Assembly: GCF_024502345.1 (NCBI RefSeq)
Contig: NZ_JALDNN010000001.1
Direction: 5' to 3' (one strand)
Source: Escherichia coli
Lineage (GTDB): Bacteria; Pseudomonadota; Gammaproteobacteria; Enterobacterales; Enterobacteriaceae
DNA: 64,000 bases
Part shown: in pieces, positions 1 to 14,684 of the stretch
How the letters are laid out: every line of letters begins with the position of its first letter
How positions within the stretch are numbered: position 1 is the first letter of the stretch
Notes under the pieces: generated by a model
Told to the model about the DNA's origin: nothing
The model's database searches: none
Seen by the model: the letters and a program-made list of their open reading frames with translations, nothing else
Translations under genes and position numbers: made by a program

Positions 1-203
1 TGGTGATTTCTGATTTTATCGCTCAGCGGTTGCCTGACGACGTGACGAGTAAAGTGAAAGAGCTGCAGCGGGTACATCAGCATCGCTTTCATGCCGTGGC
101 GATGTCGGCACACGGCAAACCCGGCATCATGCGCATTTTCGATCATATCTGGCGCTTTGATACCGGGATGCGAAGCCGCCTGCTCAGACGCTGGCGGCGA
201 TAA
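1..203 (+). CDS. viaA: C-terminal fragment of VWA-domain protein ViaA (5' end lies outside the window)
   Basis: ORF running to a stop at 203, convergent with asnA 5 bp away; identity inferred from conserved asnA-viaA synteny, not from sequence recognition. Confidence 0.5.
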
Positions 204-207
204 ATTA

Positions 208-1200
208 TTACAGCAGAGAAGGGACGCTCTCGCGAACAGCAGCTGGCCATACTCCACACTGAACCTGGCCGATATGCGGCAGTTGCAGCAGCAGCATAGT
301 CAAACGAGACTGGCCGATACCGCCGCCGATGGTCTGCGGCATTTCACCGCGCAGCAGCGCCTGATGCCATTCCAGCTGCAGACGATCTTCATCACCGGTC
401 AGTGCCAACTGATGCTTCAACGTGTCGGCATCCACGCGGATCCCCATGGAAGAAAGCTCAAACGCATCTTCCAGTACAGGGTTCCACACCAGAATATCGC
501 CGTTCAGACCCGCATGACCCAGCTCTGACGGGGTGCTCCAGTCATCATAATCCGGTGCGCGCACGTCGTGGCGATGACCATCGCTCAGCTTGCCGCCAAT
601 CCCGACAAGGAATACCGCGCCAAGATCTTTCGCTATCGCCCGCTCACGCCCTTTGGCATCGAGATCCGGATAACGAGACAGTAACTCCTGGCTGTGTACG
701 AAGTGGATCTGATCCGGCAGGAACGGTGCCAGGCCAAACTCTTCGCTAACCGCAGCTTCGGTTGCTTTAATTCCCGCCCAGATCGCCTCTACCGTGCTTT
801 TCAGAGTCGAGAATTGACGCTCACCGTCGCCCATTACGCGTTCCCAGTCCCACTGGTCAACATAGACCGAGTGCAACGGAGAAAGACGGTCTTCATCGGG
901 GCGAAGGGCTTTCATGTGCGTGTACAGCCCTTCGCCCGCGCTGAAGTCGTGTTGCCCTAAGGTCTGACGTTTCCACTTCGCCAGTGAATGAACCACTTCG
1001 AACTGGGCATCAGGCAGAGCTTTCACTTTTACCTGCACCGCTTTTTCACAGCCCGACAAGTTATCCTGCGTGCCATCCCCCACACGGCTAAGAATCGGCG
1101 CCTGGACTTCGATCAGCCCCAGACGTTCTTCCAGTTGGCGAGAAAAGTGAGATTTCACGAAGCTAATTTGGCGTTGTTTGGCAATGTAAGCGGTTTTCAT
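208..1200 (-). CDS. asnA: Aspartate-ammonia ligase (asparagine synthetase A)
   Basis: 330-aa ORF with the recognisable AsnA sequence ([43 protein letters not shown]...), divergent from asnC. Confidence 0.95.
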
Positions 1201-1351
1201 TTTTTATACTCCTGCGTCCTGTTGCTTATGATTAAGCAACAAAAACCGACACACATGCAATAATCATTCAATAAAAAGCCTAACACACTTTTGATTCATT
1301 AAAAAAGAAGGCTAAAATAGAATGAATCATCAATCTGCATAAGAAAATCCT

Positions 1352-1810
1352 ATGGAAAATTATCTGATCGACAATCTGGACCGTGGCATCCTGGAAGCAT
1401 TAATGGGCAATGCGCGCACCGCTTACGCCGAACTGGCGAAACAATTTGGCGTCAGTCCGGGGACGATTCACGTTCGAGTAGAGAAAATGAAGCAGGCGGG
1501 GATCATTACCGGGGCGCGTATTGATGTCAGCCCGAAGCAGCTCGGTTATGACGTAGGCTGCTTTATCGGCATTATATTAAAGAGCGCCAAAGACTACCCT
1601 TCCGCGCTGGCAAAGCTGGAAAGCCTTGATGAAGTCACTGAAGCCTATTACACAACAGGCCACTACAGCATCTTTATAAAAGTGATGTGCCGTTCGATCG
1701 ACGCTCTCCAGCATGTACTTATCAACAAGATCCAAACAATTGATGAAATTCAGTCCACCGAGACATTGATCGTCCTGCAAAACCCGATCATGCGTACCAT
1801 CAAGCCATAA
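1352..1810 (+). CDS. asnC: Lrp/AsnC-family transcriptional regulator AsnC
   Basis: 152-aa ORF with an AsnC-type HTH N-terminus, divergent from asnA. Confidence 0.95.
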   Translation: MENYLIDNLDRGILEALMGNARTAYAELAKQFGVSPGTIHVRVEKMKQAGIITGARIDVSPKQLGYDVGCFIGIILKSAKDYPSALAKLESLDEVTEAYYTTGHYSIFIKVMCRSIDALQHVLINKIQTIDEIQSTETLIVLQNPIMRTIKP

Positions 1811-1822
1811 TCGGCTTTTTTA
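1801..1822 (+). terminator. Short hairpin plus T-tract at the end of asnC (weak terminator; read-through into mioC/oriC is known)
   Basis: AAGCC-ataatc-GGCTT followed by TTTTTT, overlapping the asnC stop. Confidence 0.35.
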
Positions 1823-1831
1823 ATCCCATAC

Positions 1832-1840
1832 TTTTCCACA
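1832..1840. promoter_or_regulatory. DnaA box (TTTTCCACA) in the mioC promoter region
   Basis: 9-mer one mismatch from the TTATCCACA consensus, about 60 bp upstream of the mioC start; mioC is known to be DnaA-regulated. Confidence 0.55.
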
Positions 1841-1899
1841 GGTAGATCCCAACGCGTTCACAGCGTACAATACGCCACTCTTAATAAAGGTGGCGGTTT

Positions 1900-2343
1900 A
1901 TGGCAGATATCACTCTTATCAGCGGCAGCACCCTCGGCGGTGCCGAATATGTAGCAGAACACCTGGCTGAAAAGCTGGAAGAGGCGGGTTTTACCACCGA
2001 AACGCTGCACGGTCCGCTGTTGGAAGATTTATCTGCCTCGGGGATCTGGCTGATTATCAGCTCCACCCACGGTGCCGGAGATATTCCGGACAACCTTTCT
2101 CCTTTCTATGAAGCATTGCAGGAACAGAAGCCCGATCTTTCTGCGGTCCGCTTTGGCGCAATCGGTATTGGTAGTCGTGAATATGACACCTTTTGTGGGG
2201 CTATCGATAAACTCGAGGGAGAACTCAAAGATTCCGGTGCAAAACAGACAGGCGAAACACTGAAGATCAACATTCTTGATCACGACATTCCGGAAGATCC
2301 GGCAGAAGAATGGCTGGGATCGTGGATTAATTTACTCAAATAA
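1900..2343 (+). CDS. mioC: Flavodoxin-like FMN-binding protein MioC
   Basis: 147-aa ORF (MADITLISGSTLGGAEYVAEHLAEKLEEAGF...) immediately left of oriC. Confidence 0.93.
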   Translation: MADITLISGSTLGGAEYVAEHLAEKLEEAGFTTETLHGPLLEDLSASGIWLIISSTHGAGDIPDNLSPFYEALQEQKPDLSAVRFGAIGIGSREYDTFCGAIDKLEGELKDSGAKQTGETLKINILDHDIPEDPAEEWLGSWINLLK

Positions 2344-2359
2344 GTATACAGATCGTGCG

Positions 2360-2635
2360 ATCTACTGTGGATAACTCTGTCAGGAAGCTTGGATCAACCG
2401 GTAGTTATCCAAGGAACAACGGTTGTTCAGTTTTTGAGTTGTGTATAACCCCTCATTCTGATCCCAGCTTATACGGTCCAGGATCACCGATCATTCACAG
2501 TTAATGATCCTTTCCAGGTTGTTGATCTTAAAAGCCGGATCCTTGTTATCCACAGGGCAGTGCGATCCTAATAAGAGATCACAATAGAACAGATCTCTAA
2601 ATAAATAGATCTTCTTTTTAATACCCAGGATCCCA
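2360..2635. other. Chromosomal replication origin oriC (DnaA boxes, AT-rich 13-mer unwinding element, dense GATC sites)
   Basis: TGTGGATAA at 2366-2374 and TTATCCACA at 2546-2554, further DnaA-box-like 9-mers, three GATC-initiated AT-rich 13-mers around 2566-2615, many GATC sites, and the position between mioC and mnmG. Confidence 0.95.
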
Positions 2636-2721
2636 GGTCTTTCTCAAGCCGACAAAGTTGAGTAGAATCCACGGCCCGGGCTTCAATCCATTTTCATACC
2701 GCGTTATGCGAGGCAATCACC

Positions 2722-4611
2722 ATGTTTTATCCGGATCCTTTTGACGTCATCATCATTGGCGGGGGTCATGCAGGCACCGAGGCCGCGATGGCCGCGGCGC
2801 GTATGGGTCAACAGACTCTGCTTTTGACACACAATATCGACACTCTGGGGCAGATGAGCTGCAACCCGGCGATCGGCGGTATTGGGAAGGGACATCTGGT
2901 AAAAGAAGTGGATGCACTCGGCGGTCTGATGGCGAAAGCGATCGATCAAGCGGGTATCCAGTTTAGGATACTAAACGCAAGCAAAGGACCGGCGGTTCGC
3001 GCTACCCGAGCTCAGGCGGATCGTGTGCTCTACCGTCAGGCGGTACGTACGGCGCTGGAGAACCAACCGAACCTGATGATCTTCCAGCAGGCGGTTGAAG
3101 ATCTTATTGTCGAAAACGATCGCGTGGTCGGTGCTGTTACCCAAATGGGACTGAAGTTCCGTGCCAAAGCCGTCGTGCTCACCGTTGGGACGTTCCTCGA
3201 CGGTAAAATTCATATCGGTCTGGATAATTACAGCGGTGGCCGTGCTGGTGATCCGCCGTCCATTCCGCTTTCTCGCCGTTTGCGTGAACTGCCGCTGCGC
3301 GTTGGTCGTCTGAAAACCGGGACACCACCGCGTATTGATGCTCGAACTATCGACTTTAGTGTGCTGGCGCAACAGCATGGCGATAACCCAATGCCGGTAT
3401 TCTCGTTTATGGGCAATGCGTCCCAGCATCCCCAGCAGGTGCCGTGTTATATCACTCATACCAACGAGAAAACCCATGATGTGATCCGCAGTAACCTCGA
3501 TCGTAGCCCAATGTATGCAGGGGTGATCGAAGGTGTCGGCCCACGCTACTGCCCGTCGATCGAAGACAAAGTCATGCGCTTCGCCGACAGAAATCAGCAT
3601 CAGATCTTCCTTGAACCGGAAGGACTGACCTCTAATGAAATTTATCCGAACGGTATCTCCACCAGCCTGCCGTTCGATGTGCAGATGCAAATCGTCCGCT
3701 CTATGCAGGGGATGGAAAACGCGAAGATCGTGCGTCCGGGTTATGCCATTGAGTATGACTTCTTCGATCCTCGCGACCTGAAACCGACGCTGGAGAGCAA
3801 GTTTATCCAGGGGCTGTTCTTTGCTGGTCAGATTAACGGCACTACCGGTTACGAAGAAGCCGCTGCGCAAGGTTTGCTGGCCGGTCTTAACGCTGCCCGT
3901 CTGTCTGCTGACAAAGAAGGTTGGGCTCCGGCACGTTCTCAGGCGTATCTCGGCGTACTAGTTGATGACCTGTGCACTTTAGGAACCAAAGAACCGTATC
4001 GTATGTTTACTTCGCGCGCAGAATATCGTCTGATGCTACGCGAAGATAATGCGGATCTGCGTTTGACTGAAATCGGTCGTGAACTGGGCCTGGTGGATGA
4101 CGAACGTTGGGCGCGCTTTAACGAGAAACTTGAGAATATCGAGCGTGAGCGTCAGCGTCTGAAATCGACCTGGGTAACCCCGTCGGCGGAAGCTGCAGCC
4201 GAAGTGAATGCTCACCTGACTGCGCCGCTTTCCCGTGAAGCCAGTGGTGAAGATCTGCTGCGTCGTCCGGAAATGACTTATGAAAAATTAACCACGCTGA
4301 CGCCGTTTGCCCCTGCGTTGACAGACGAACAGGCGGCGGAACAGGTTGAGATTCAGGTTAAATACGAAGGTTATATCGCGCGCCAGCAAGATGAGATCGA
4401 AAAGCAGCTGCGTAACGAGAACACCCTGCTACCCGCGACACTGGATTACCGCCAGGTATCCGGTCTTTCTAACGAAGTGATCGCCAAACTTAACGATCAC
4501 AAACCAGCCTCTATCGGCCAAGCTTCGCGTATTTCTGGCGTCACGCCTGCGGCCATCTCCATTCTGCTGGTGTGGCTGAAAAAACAGGGTATGCTGCGTC
4601 GTAGCGCATAA
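2722..4611 (+). CDS. mnmG: tRNA uridine 5-carboxymethylaminomethyl modification enzyme MnmG (GidA)
   Basis: 629-aa ORF with an FAD-binding GGGHAG motif near the N-terminus. Confidence 0.97.
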
Positions 4612-4622
4612 CGCATTAAAAA

Positions 4623-4650
4623 TGCCTGGTAAGCACCCGCTTACCAGGCA
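4623..4650 (+). other. Perfect 11-bp inverted repeat with 6-nt loop between mnmG and rsmG (no T-tract)
   Basis: TGCCTGGTAAG-caccgc-CTTACCAGGCA read directly; function unknown, possibly an RNA processing or attenuation hairpin. Confidence 0.3.
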
Positions 4651-4674
4651 ACGCATCAAGAACAGGTAATCACC

Positions 4675-5298
4675 GTGCTCAACAAACTCTCCTTACTGCT
4701 GAAAGACGCAGGTATTTCGCTTACCGATCACCAGAAAAACCAGCTTATTGCCTACGTGAATATGCTGCATAAATGGAACAAAGCGTACAACCTGACTTCG
4801 GTCCGCGATCCTAATGAGATGCTGGTACGCCATATTCTCGATAGCATTGTGGTGGCACCGTATCTGCAAGGTGAACGGTTTATCGATGTCGGCACCGGAC
4901 CAGGACTGCCAGGCATTCCACTCTCTATCGTGCGTCCTGAAGCCCATTTCACTCTGTTGGATAGCCTTGGTAAACGCGTGCGTTTCCTTCGTCAGGTGCA
5001 ACATGAGCTTAAACTGGAGAATATTGAACCAGTACAGAGCAGGGTAGAAGAGTTTCCTTCAGAGCCGCCATTTGATGGCGTAATTAGCCGCGCTTTTGCC
5101 TCTCTGAACGATATGGTGAGCTGGTGCCACCATCTTCCTGGTGAGCAAGGCCGTTTCTACGCGCTGAAAGGGCAAATGCCGGAAGATGAAATCGCTTTGT
5201 TGCCCGAAGAATATCAGGTCGAATCAGTGGTTAAACTTCAGGTTCCAGCCCTGGATGGCGAACGTCATCTGGTGGTGATTAAAGCAAATAAAATTTAA
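4675..5298 (+). CDS. rsmG: 16S rRNA m7G527 methyltransferase RsmG (GidB)
   Basis: 207-aa ORF with GTG start, directly downstream of mnmG. Confidence 0.95.
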
Positions 5299-5795
5299 TT
5301 TTTATCAAAAAAATCATAAAAAATTGACCGGTTAGACTGTTAACAACAACCAGGTTTTCTACTGATATAACTGGTTACATTTAACGCCACGTTCACTCTT
5401 TTGCATCAACAAGATAACGTGGCTTTTTTTGGTAAGCAGAAAATAAGTCATTAGTGAAAATATCAGTCTGCTAAAAATCGGCGCTAAGAACCATCATTGG
5501 CTGTTAAAACATTATTAAAAATGTCAATGGGTGGTTTTTGTTGTGTAAATGTCATTTATTAAAACAGTATCTGTTTTTAGACTGAAATATCATAAACTTG
5601 CAAAGGCATCATTTGCCAAGTAAATAAATATGCTGTGCGCGAACATGCGCAATATGTGATCTGAAGCACGCTTTATCACCAGTGTTTACGCGTTATTTAC
5701 AGTTTTTCATGATCGAACAGGGTTAGCAGAAAAGTCGCAATTGTATGCACTGGAAAAATATTTAAACATTTATTCACCTTTTGGCTACTTATTGT

Positions 5796-5823
5796 TTGAA
5801 ATCACGGGGGCGCACCGTATAAT
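5796..5823 (+). promoter_or_regulatory. Candidate sigma70 promoter of the atp operon (TTGAAA-16 bp-TATAAT)
   Basis: -35 TTGAAA at 5796-5801 and -10 TATAAT at 5818-5823, about 90 bp upstream of atpI. Confidence 0.55.
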
Positions 5824-5914
5824 TTGACCGCTTTTTGATGCTTGACTCTAAGCCTTAAAGAAAGTTTTATACGACACGCGGCATACCTCGAAGGGAGCAG
5901 GAGTGAAAAACGTG

Positions 5915-7119
<1,205 letters not shown>

Positions 7120-7147
7120 TTTACCAACACTACTACGTTTTAACTGA

Positions 7148-7422
<275 letters not shown>

Positions 7423-7466
7423 TAAAGAGCAATATCAGAACGTTAACTAAATAGAGGCATTGTGCT

Positions 7467-7937
7467 GTGAATCTTAACGCAACAATCCTCGGCCAGGCCA
7501 TCGCGTTTGTCCTGTTCGTTCTGTTCTGCATGAAGTACGTATGGCCGCCATTAATGGCAGCCATCGAAAAACGTCAAAAAGAAATTGCTGACGGCCTTGC
7601 TTCCGCAGAACGAGCACATAAGGACCTTGACCTTGCAAAGGCCAGCGCGACCGACCAGCTGAAAAAAGCGAAAGCGGAAGCCCAGGTAATCATCGAGCAG
7701 GCGAACAAACGCCGCTCGCAGATTCTGGACGAAGCGAAAGCTGAGGCAGAACAGGAACGTACTAAAATCGTGGCCCAGGCGCAGGCAGAAATTGAAGCCG
7801 AGCGTAAACGTGCCCGTGAAGAGCTGCGTAAGCAAGTTGCTATCCTGGCTGTTGCTGGCGCCGAGAAGATCATCGAACGTTCCGTGGATGAAGCTGCTAA
7901 CAGCGACATCGTGGATAAACTTGTCGCTGAACTGTAA
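7467..7937 (+). CDS. atpF: F0 ATP synthase subunit b
   Basis: 156-aa ORF with GTG start, an N-terminal TM helix and a long charged coiled-coil. Confidence 0.96.
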
Positions 7938-7951
7938 GGAGGGAGGGGCTG

Positions 7952-8485
7952 ATGTCTGAATTTATTACGGTAGCTCGCCCCTACGCCAAAGCAGCTTTTG
8001 ACTTTGCCGTCGAACACCAAAGTGTAGAACGCTGGCAGGACATGCTGGCGTTTGCCGCCGAGGTAACCAAAAACGAACAAATGGCAGAGCTTCTCTCTGG
8101 CGCGCTTGCGCCAGAAACGCTCGCCGAGTCGTTTATCGCAGTTTGTGGTGAGCAACTGGACGAAAACGGTCAGAACCTGATTCGGGTAATGGCTGAAAAT
8201 GGTCGTCTTAACGCGCTCCCGGATGTTCTGGAGCAGTTTATTCACCTTCGTGCCGTGAGTGAGGCTACCGCTGAGGTAGACGTCATTTCCGCTGCCGCAC
8301 TGAGTGAACAACAGCTCGCGAAAATTTCTGCTGCGATGGAAAAACGTCTGTCACGCAAAGTTAAGCTGAATTGCAAAATCGATAAGTCTGTAATGGCAGG
8401 CGTTATCATCCGAGCGGGTGATATGGTCATTGATGGCAGCGTACGCGGTCGTCTTGAGCGCCTTGCAGACGTCTTGCAGTCTTAA
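7952..8485 (+). CDS. atpH: F1 ATP synthase subunit delta
   Basis: 177-aa ORF in operon order. Confidence 0.96.
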
Positions 8486-8497
8486 GGGGACTGGAGC

Positions 8498-10039
8498 ATG
8501 CAACTGAATTCCACCGAAATCAGCGAACTGATCAAGCAGCGCATTGCTCAGTTCAATGTTGTGAGTGAAGCTCACAACGAAGGTACTATTGTTTCTGTAA
8601 GTGACGGTGTTATCCGCATTCACGGCCTGGCCGATTGTATGCAGGGTGAAATGATCTCCCTGCCGGGTAACCGTTACGCTATCGCACTGAACCTCGAGCG
8701 CGACTCTGTAGGTGCGGTTGTTATGGGTCCGTACGCTGACCTTGCCGAAGGCATGAAAGTTAAGTGTACTGGCCGTATCCTGGAAGTTCCGGTTGGCCGT
8801 GGCCTGCTGGGCCGTGTGGTTAACACTCTGGGTGCACCAATCGACGGTAAAGGTCCGCTGGATCACGACGGCTTCTCTGCTGTAGAAGCAATCGCTCCGG
8901 GCGTTATCGAACGTCAGTCCGTAGATCAGCCGGTACAGACCGGTTATAAAGCCGTTGACTCCATGATCCCAATCGGTCGTGGTCAGCGTGAATTGATCAT
9001 CGGTGACCGTCAGACAGGTAAAACCGCACTGGCTATCGATGCCATCATCAACCAGCGCGATTCCGGTATCAAATGTATCTATGTCGCTATCGGCCAGAAA
9101 GCGTCCACCATTTCTAACGTGGTACGTAAACTGGAAGAGCACGGCGCACTGGCTAACACCATCGTTGTGGTAGCAACCGCGTCTGAATCCGCTGCACTGC
9201 AATACCTGGCACCGTATGCCGGTTGCGCAATGGGCGAATACTTCCGTGACCGCGGTGAAGATGCGCTGATCATTTACGATGACCTGTCTAAACAGGCTGT
9301 TGCTTACCGTCAGATCTCCCTGCTGCTCCGTCGTCCGCCAGGACGTGAAGCATTCCCGGGCGACGTTTTCTACCTCCACTCTCGTCTGCTGGAGCGTGCT
9401 GCACGTGTTAACGCCGAATACGTTGAAGCCTTCACCAAAGGTGAAGTGAAAGGGAAAACCGGTTCTCTGACCGCACTGCCGATTATCGAAACTCAGGCGG
9501 GTGACGTTTCTGCGTTCGTTCCGACCAACGTAATCTCCATTACCGATGGTCAGATCTTCCTGGAAACCAACCTGTTCAACGCCGGTATTCGTCCTGCGGT
9601 TAACCCGGGTATTTCCGTATCCCGTGTTGGTGGTGCAGCACAGACCAAGATCATGAAAAAACTGTCCGGTGGTATCCGTACCGCTCTGGCACAGTATCGT
9701 GAACTGGCAGCGTTCTCTCAGTTTGCATCCGACCTTGACGATGCAACACGTAAGCAGCTTGACCACGGTCAGAAAGTGACCGAACTGCTGAAACAGAAAC
9801 AGTATGCGCCGATGTCCGTTGCGCAGCAGTCTCTGGTTCTGTTCGCAGCAGAACGTGGTTACCTGGCGGATGTTGAACTGTCGAAAATTGGCAGCTTCGA
9901 AGCCGCTCTGCTGGCTTACGTCGACCGTGATCACGCTCCGTTGATGCAAGAGATCAACCAGACCGGTGGCTACAACGACGAAATCGAAGGCAAGCTGAAA
10001 GGCATCCTCGATTCCTTCAAAGCAACCCAATCCTGGTAA
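8498..10039 (+). CDS. atpA: F1 ATP synthase subunit alpha
   Basis: 513-aa ORF with Walker A GDRQTGKT. Confidence 0.98.
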
Positions 10040-10089
10040 CGTCTGGCGGCTTGCCTTAGGGCAGGCCGCAAGGCATTGAGGAGAAGCTC

Positions 10090-12362
<2,273 letters not shown>

Positions 12363-12382
12363 CGCCTTAATCGGAGGGTGAT

Positions 12383-12802
12383 ATGGCAATGACTTACCAC
12401 CTGGACGTCGTCAGCGCAGAGCAACAAATGTTCTCTGGTCTGGTCGAGAAAATCCAGGTAACGGGTAGCGAAGGTGAACTGGGGATCTACCCTGGCCACG
12501 CACCGCTGCTCACCGCCATTAAGCCTGGTATGATTCGCATCGTGAAACAGCACGGTCACGAAGAGTTTATCTATCTGTCTGGCGGCATTCTTGAAGTGCA
12601 GCCTGGCAACGTGACCGTTCTGGCCGACACCGCAATTCGCGGCCAGGATCTCGACGAAGCGCGAGCCATGGAAGCGAAACGTAAGGCTGAAGAGCACATT
12701 AGCAGCTCTCACGGCGACGTAGATTACGCTCAGGCGTCTGCGGAACTGGCCAAAGCGATCGCGCAGCTGCGCGTTATCGAGTTGACCAAAAAAGCGATGT
12801 AA
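12383..12802 (+). CDS. atpC: F1 ATP synthase subunit epsilon
   Basis: 139-aa ORF, last gene of the atp operon. Confidence 0.97.
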
Positions 12803-12823
12803 CACCGGCTTGAAAAGCACAAA

Positions 12824-12854
12824 AGCCAGTCTGGAAACAGGCTGGCTTTTTTTT
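12824..12854 (+). terminator. Rho-independent terminator of the atp operon
   Basis: GCCAGTCTG-gaaa-CAGGCTGGC hairpin followed by an 8-T run, about 20 bp after the atpC stop. Confidence 0.6.
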
Positions 12855-13152
12855 ACGCGTGATCCGTCCTGAAGAGCGTTCACATAGATCCTGCTGATAT
12901 AAAACACCCCTGTTTTCCCGTTTATTCATTGATCGAAATAAGAGCAAAAACATCCACCTGACGCTTAAATGAAGGTACTGCCTTAATTTTCTGCAGACAA
13001 AAGGCGTGACGATGGTCGAAAATGGCACTTTCGTCAGCGGGGATAATCCGTTATTGAACAATTTATCCTCTGTCCATTTCACGATGAAAAAAATGTAGTT
13101 TTTTCAAGGTGAAGCGGTTTAAATTCGTTCTCAAATTACAGTCAGGACGCGT

Positions 13153-14523
13153 ATGTTGAATAATGCTATGAGCGTAGTGATCCTTGCCGCAGGCAAAGGC
13201 ACGCGCATGTATTCCGATCTTCCGAAAGTGCTGCATACCCTTGCCGGGAAAGCGATGGTTCAGCATGTCATTGATGCTGCGAATGAATTAGGCGCAGCGC
13301 ACGTTCACCTGGTGTATGGTCACGGCGGCGATCTGCTAAAACAGGCGCTGAAAGACGACAACCTGAACTGGGTGCTTCAGGCAGAGCAGCTGGGTACGGG
13401 TCATGCCATGCAGCAGGCCGCACCTTTCTTTGCCGATGATGAAGACATTTTAATGCTCTACGGCGACGTGCCGCTGATCTCTGTCGAAACACTCCAGCGT
13501 CTGCGTGATGCTAAACCGCAGGGTGGCATTGGTCTGCTGACGGTGAAACTGGATGATCCGACCGGTTATGGACGTATCACCCGTGAAAACGGCAAAGTTA
13601 CCGGCATTGTTGAGCACAAAGATGCCACCGACGAGCAGCGTCAGATTCAGGAGATCAACACCGGCATTCTGATCGCTAACGGCGCAGATATGAAACGCTG
13701 GCTGGCGAAGCTGACCAACAATAATGCGCAGGGCGAATACTACATCACCGACATTATTGCGCTGGCGTATCAGGAAGGGCGTGAAATCGTCGCCGTTCAT
13801 CCGCAACGTTTAAGCGAAGTAGAAGGCGTGAATAACCGCCTGCAACTCTCCCGTCTGGAGCGCGTTTACCAGTCCGAACAGGCTGAAAAACTGCTGTTAG
13901 CAGGCGTTATGCTGCGCGATCCGGCGCGTTTTGATCTGCGCGGTACGCTTACTCACGGGCGCGATGTTGAAATTGATACTAACGTTATCATCGAGGGCAA
14001 CGTGACTCTCGGTCATCGCGTGAAAATCGGCACCGGTTGCGTGATTAAAAACAGCGTGATTGGCGATGATTGCGAAATTAGCCCATATACCGTCGTGGAA
14101 GACGCGAATCTGGCGGCGGCCTGTACCATTGGCCCGTTTGCCCGTTTGCGTCCTGGTGCTGAGTTGCTCGAAGGTGCACACGTCGGTAACTTTGTTGAGA
14201 TGAAAAAAGCACGTCTGGGTAAAGGCTCGAAAGCTGGTCATCTGACTTACCTGGGCGATGCGGAAATTGGCGATAACGTTAACATCGGCGCGGGAACCAT
14301 TACCTGCAACTACGATGGTGCGAATAAATTTAAGACCATTATCGGCGACGATGTGTTTGTCGGTTCCGACACTCAGTTGGTGGCCCCGGTAACAGTAGGC
14401 AAAGGCGCGACCATTGCTGCGGGTACAACTGTGACGCGTAATGTCGGCGAAAATGCATTAGCTATCAGCCGTGTGCCGCAGACTCAGAAAGAAGGCTGGC
14501 GTCGTCCGGTAAAGAAAAAGTAA
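13153..14523 (+). CDS. glmU: Bifunctional GlcNAc-1-P uridyltransferase / GlcN-1-P acetyltransferase GlmU
   Basis: 456-aa ORF with an N-terminal nucleotidyltransferase motif (LAAGKGTRM) and C-terminal hexapeptide repeats. Confidence 0.97.
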   Translation: MLNNAMSVVILAAGKGTRMYSDLPKVLHTLAGKAMVQHVIDAANELGAAHVHLVYGHGGDLLKQALKDDNLNWVLQAEQLGTGHAMQQAAPFFADDEDILMLYGDVPLISVETLQRLRDAKPQGGIGLLTVKLDDPTGYGRITRENGKVTGIVEHKDATDEQRQIQEINTGILIANGADMKRWLAKLTNNNAQGEYYITDIIALAYQEGREIVAVHPQRLSEVEGVNNRLQLSRLERVYQSEQAEKLLLAGVMLRDPARFDLRGTLTHGRDVEIDTNVIIEGNVTLGHRVKIGTGCVIKNSVIGDDCEISPYTVVEDANLAAACTIGPFARLRPGAELLEGAHVGNFVEMKKARLGKGSKAGHLTYLGDAEIGDNVNIGAGTITCNYDGANKFKTIIGDDVFVGSDTQLVAPVTVGKGATIAAGTTVTRNVGENALAISRVPQTQKEGWRRPVKKK

Positions 14524-14684
14524 TTCTGGCCGGGTAATCCGGTCATCTGGGATGAGGAGATAACATAATCTCCCTCCCACAAGCAGTAACTATAAAAATA
14601 ACCCCACTCTCTACAAGGCTCGGGGCGCCCGAAAAAACGGGCATACAGGTTGACCGACAACGATATAAATCGGAATCAAAAACT
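14524..14684 (+). promoter_or_regulatory. glmU-glmS intergenic region / glmS 5' UTR (known site of glmUS mRNA processing and sRNA-mediated control)
   Basis: Position only; no specific motif was verified in the sequence. Confidence 0.3.

Noticed and set aside
91..528. 145-aa plus-strand ORF at the window start.
   Set aside because: Antisense to asnA; the only credible plus-strand coding sequence here is the viaA 3' end (1-203).
5299..5902. 600-bp AT-rich gap between rsmG and atpI as a possible site for a novel small gene or sRNA.
   Set aside because: This is the long atp operon promoter/leader region; no ORF with an RBS and no recognisable RNA structure beyond the promoter elements was found.
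8351..10030. 559-aa ORF on the minus strand antisense to atpA; similar long antisense ORFs at 7574-8311, 2971-3870, 39593-40654, 45857-46759, 47654-48394 and 25930-26724.
   Set aside because: Each lies fully inside a highly conserved, well-supported gene on the opposite strand and has low-complexity, Arg/Cys/His-rich composition typical of antisense frames of GC-rich codon-biased genes.
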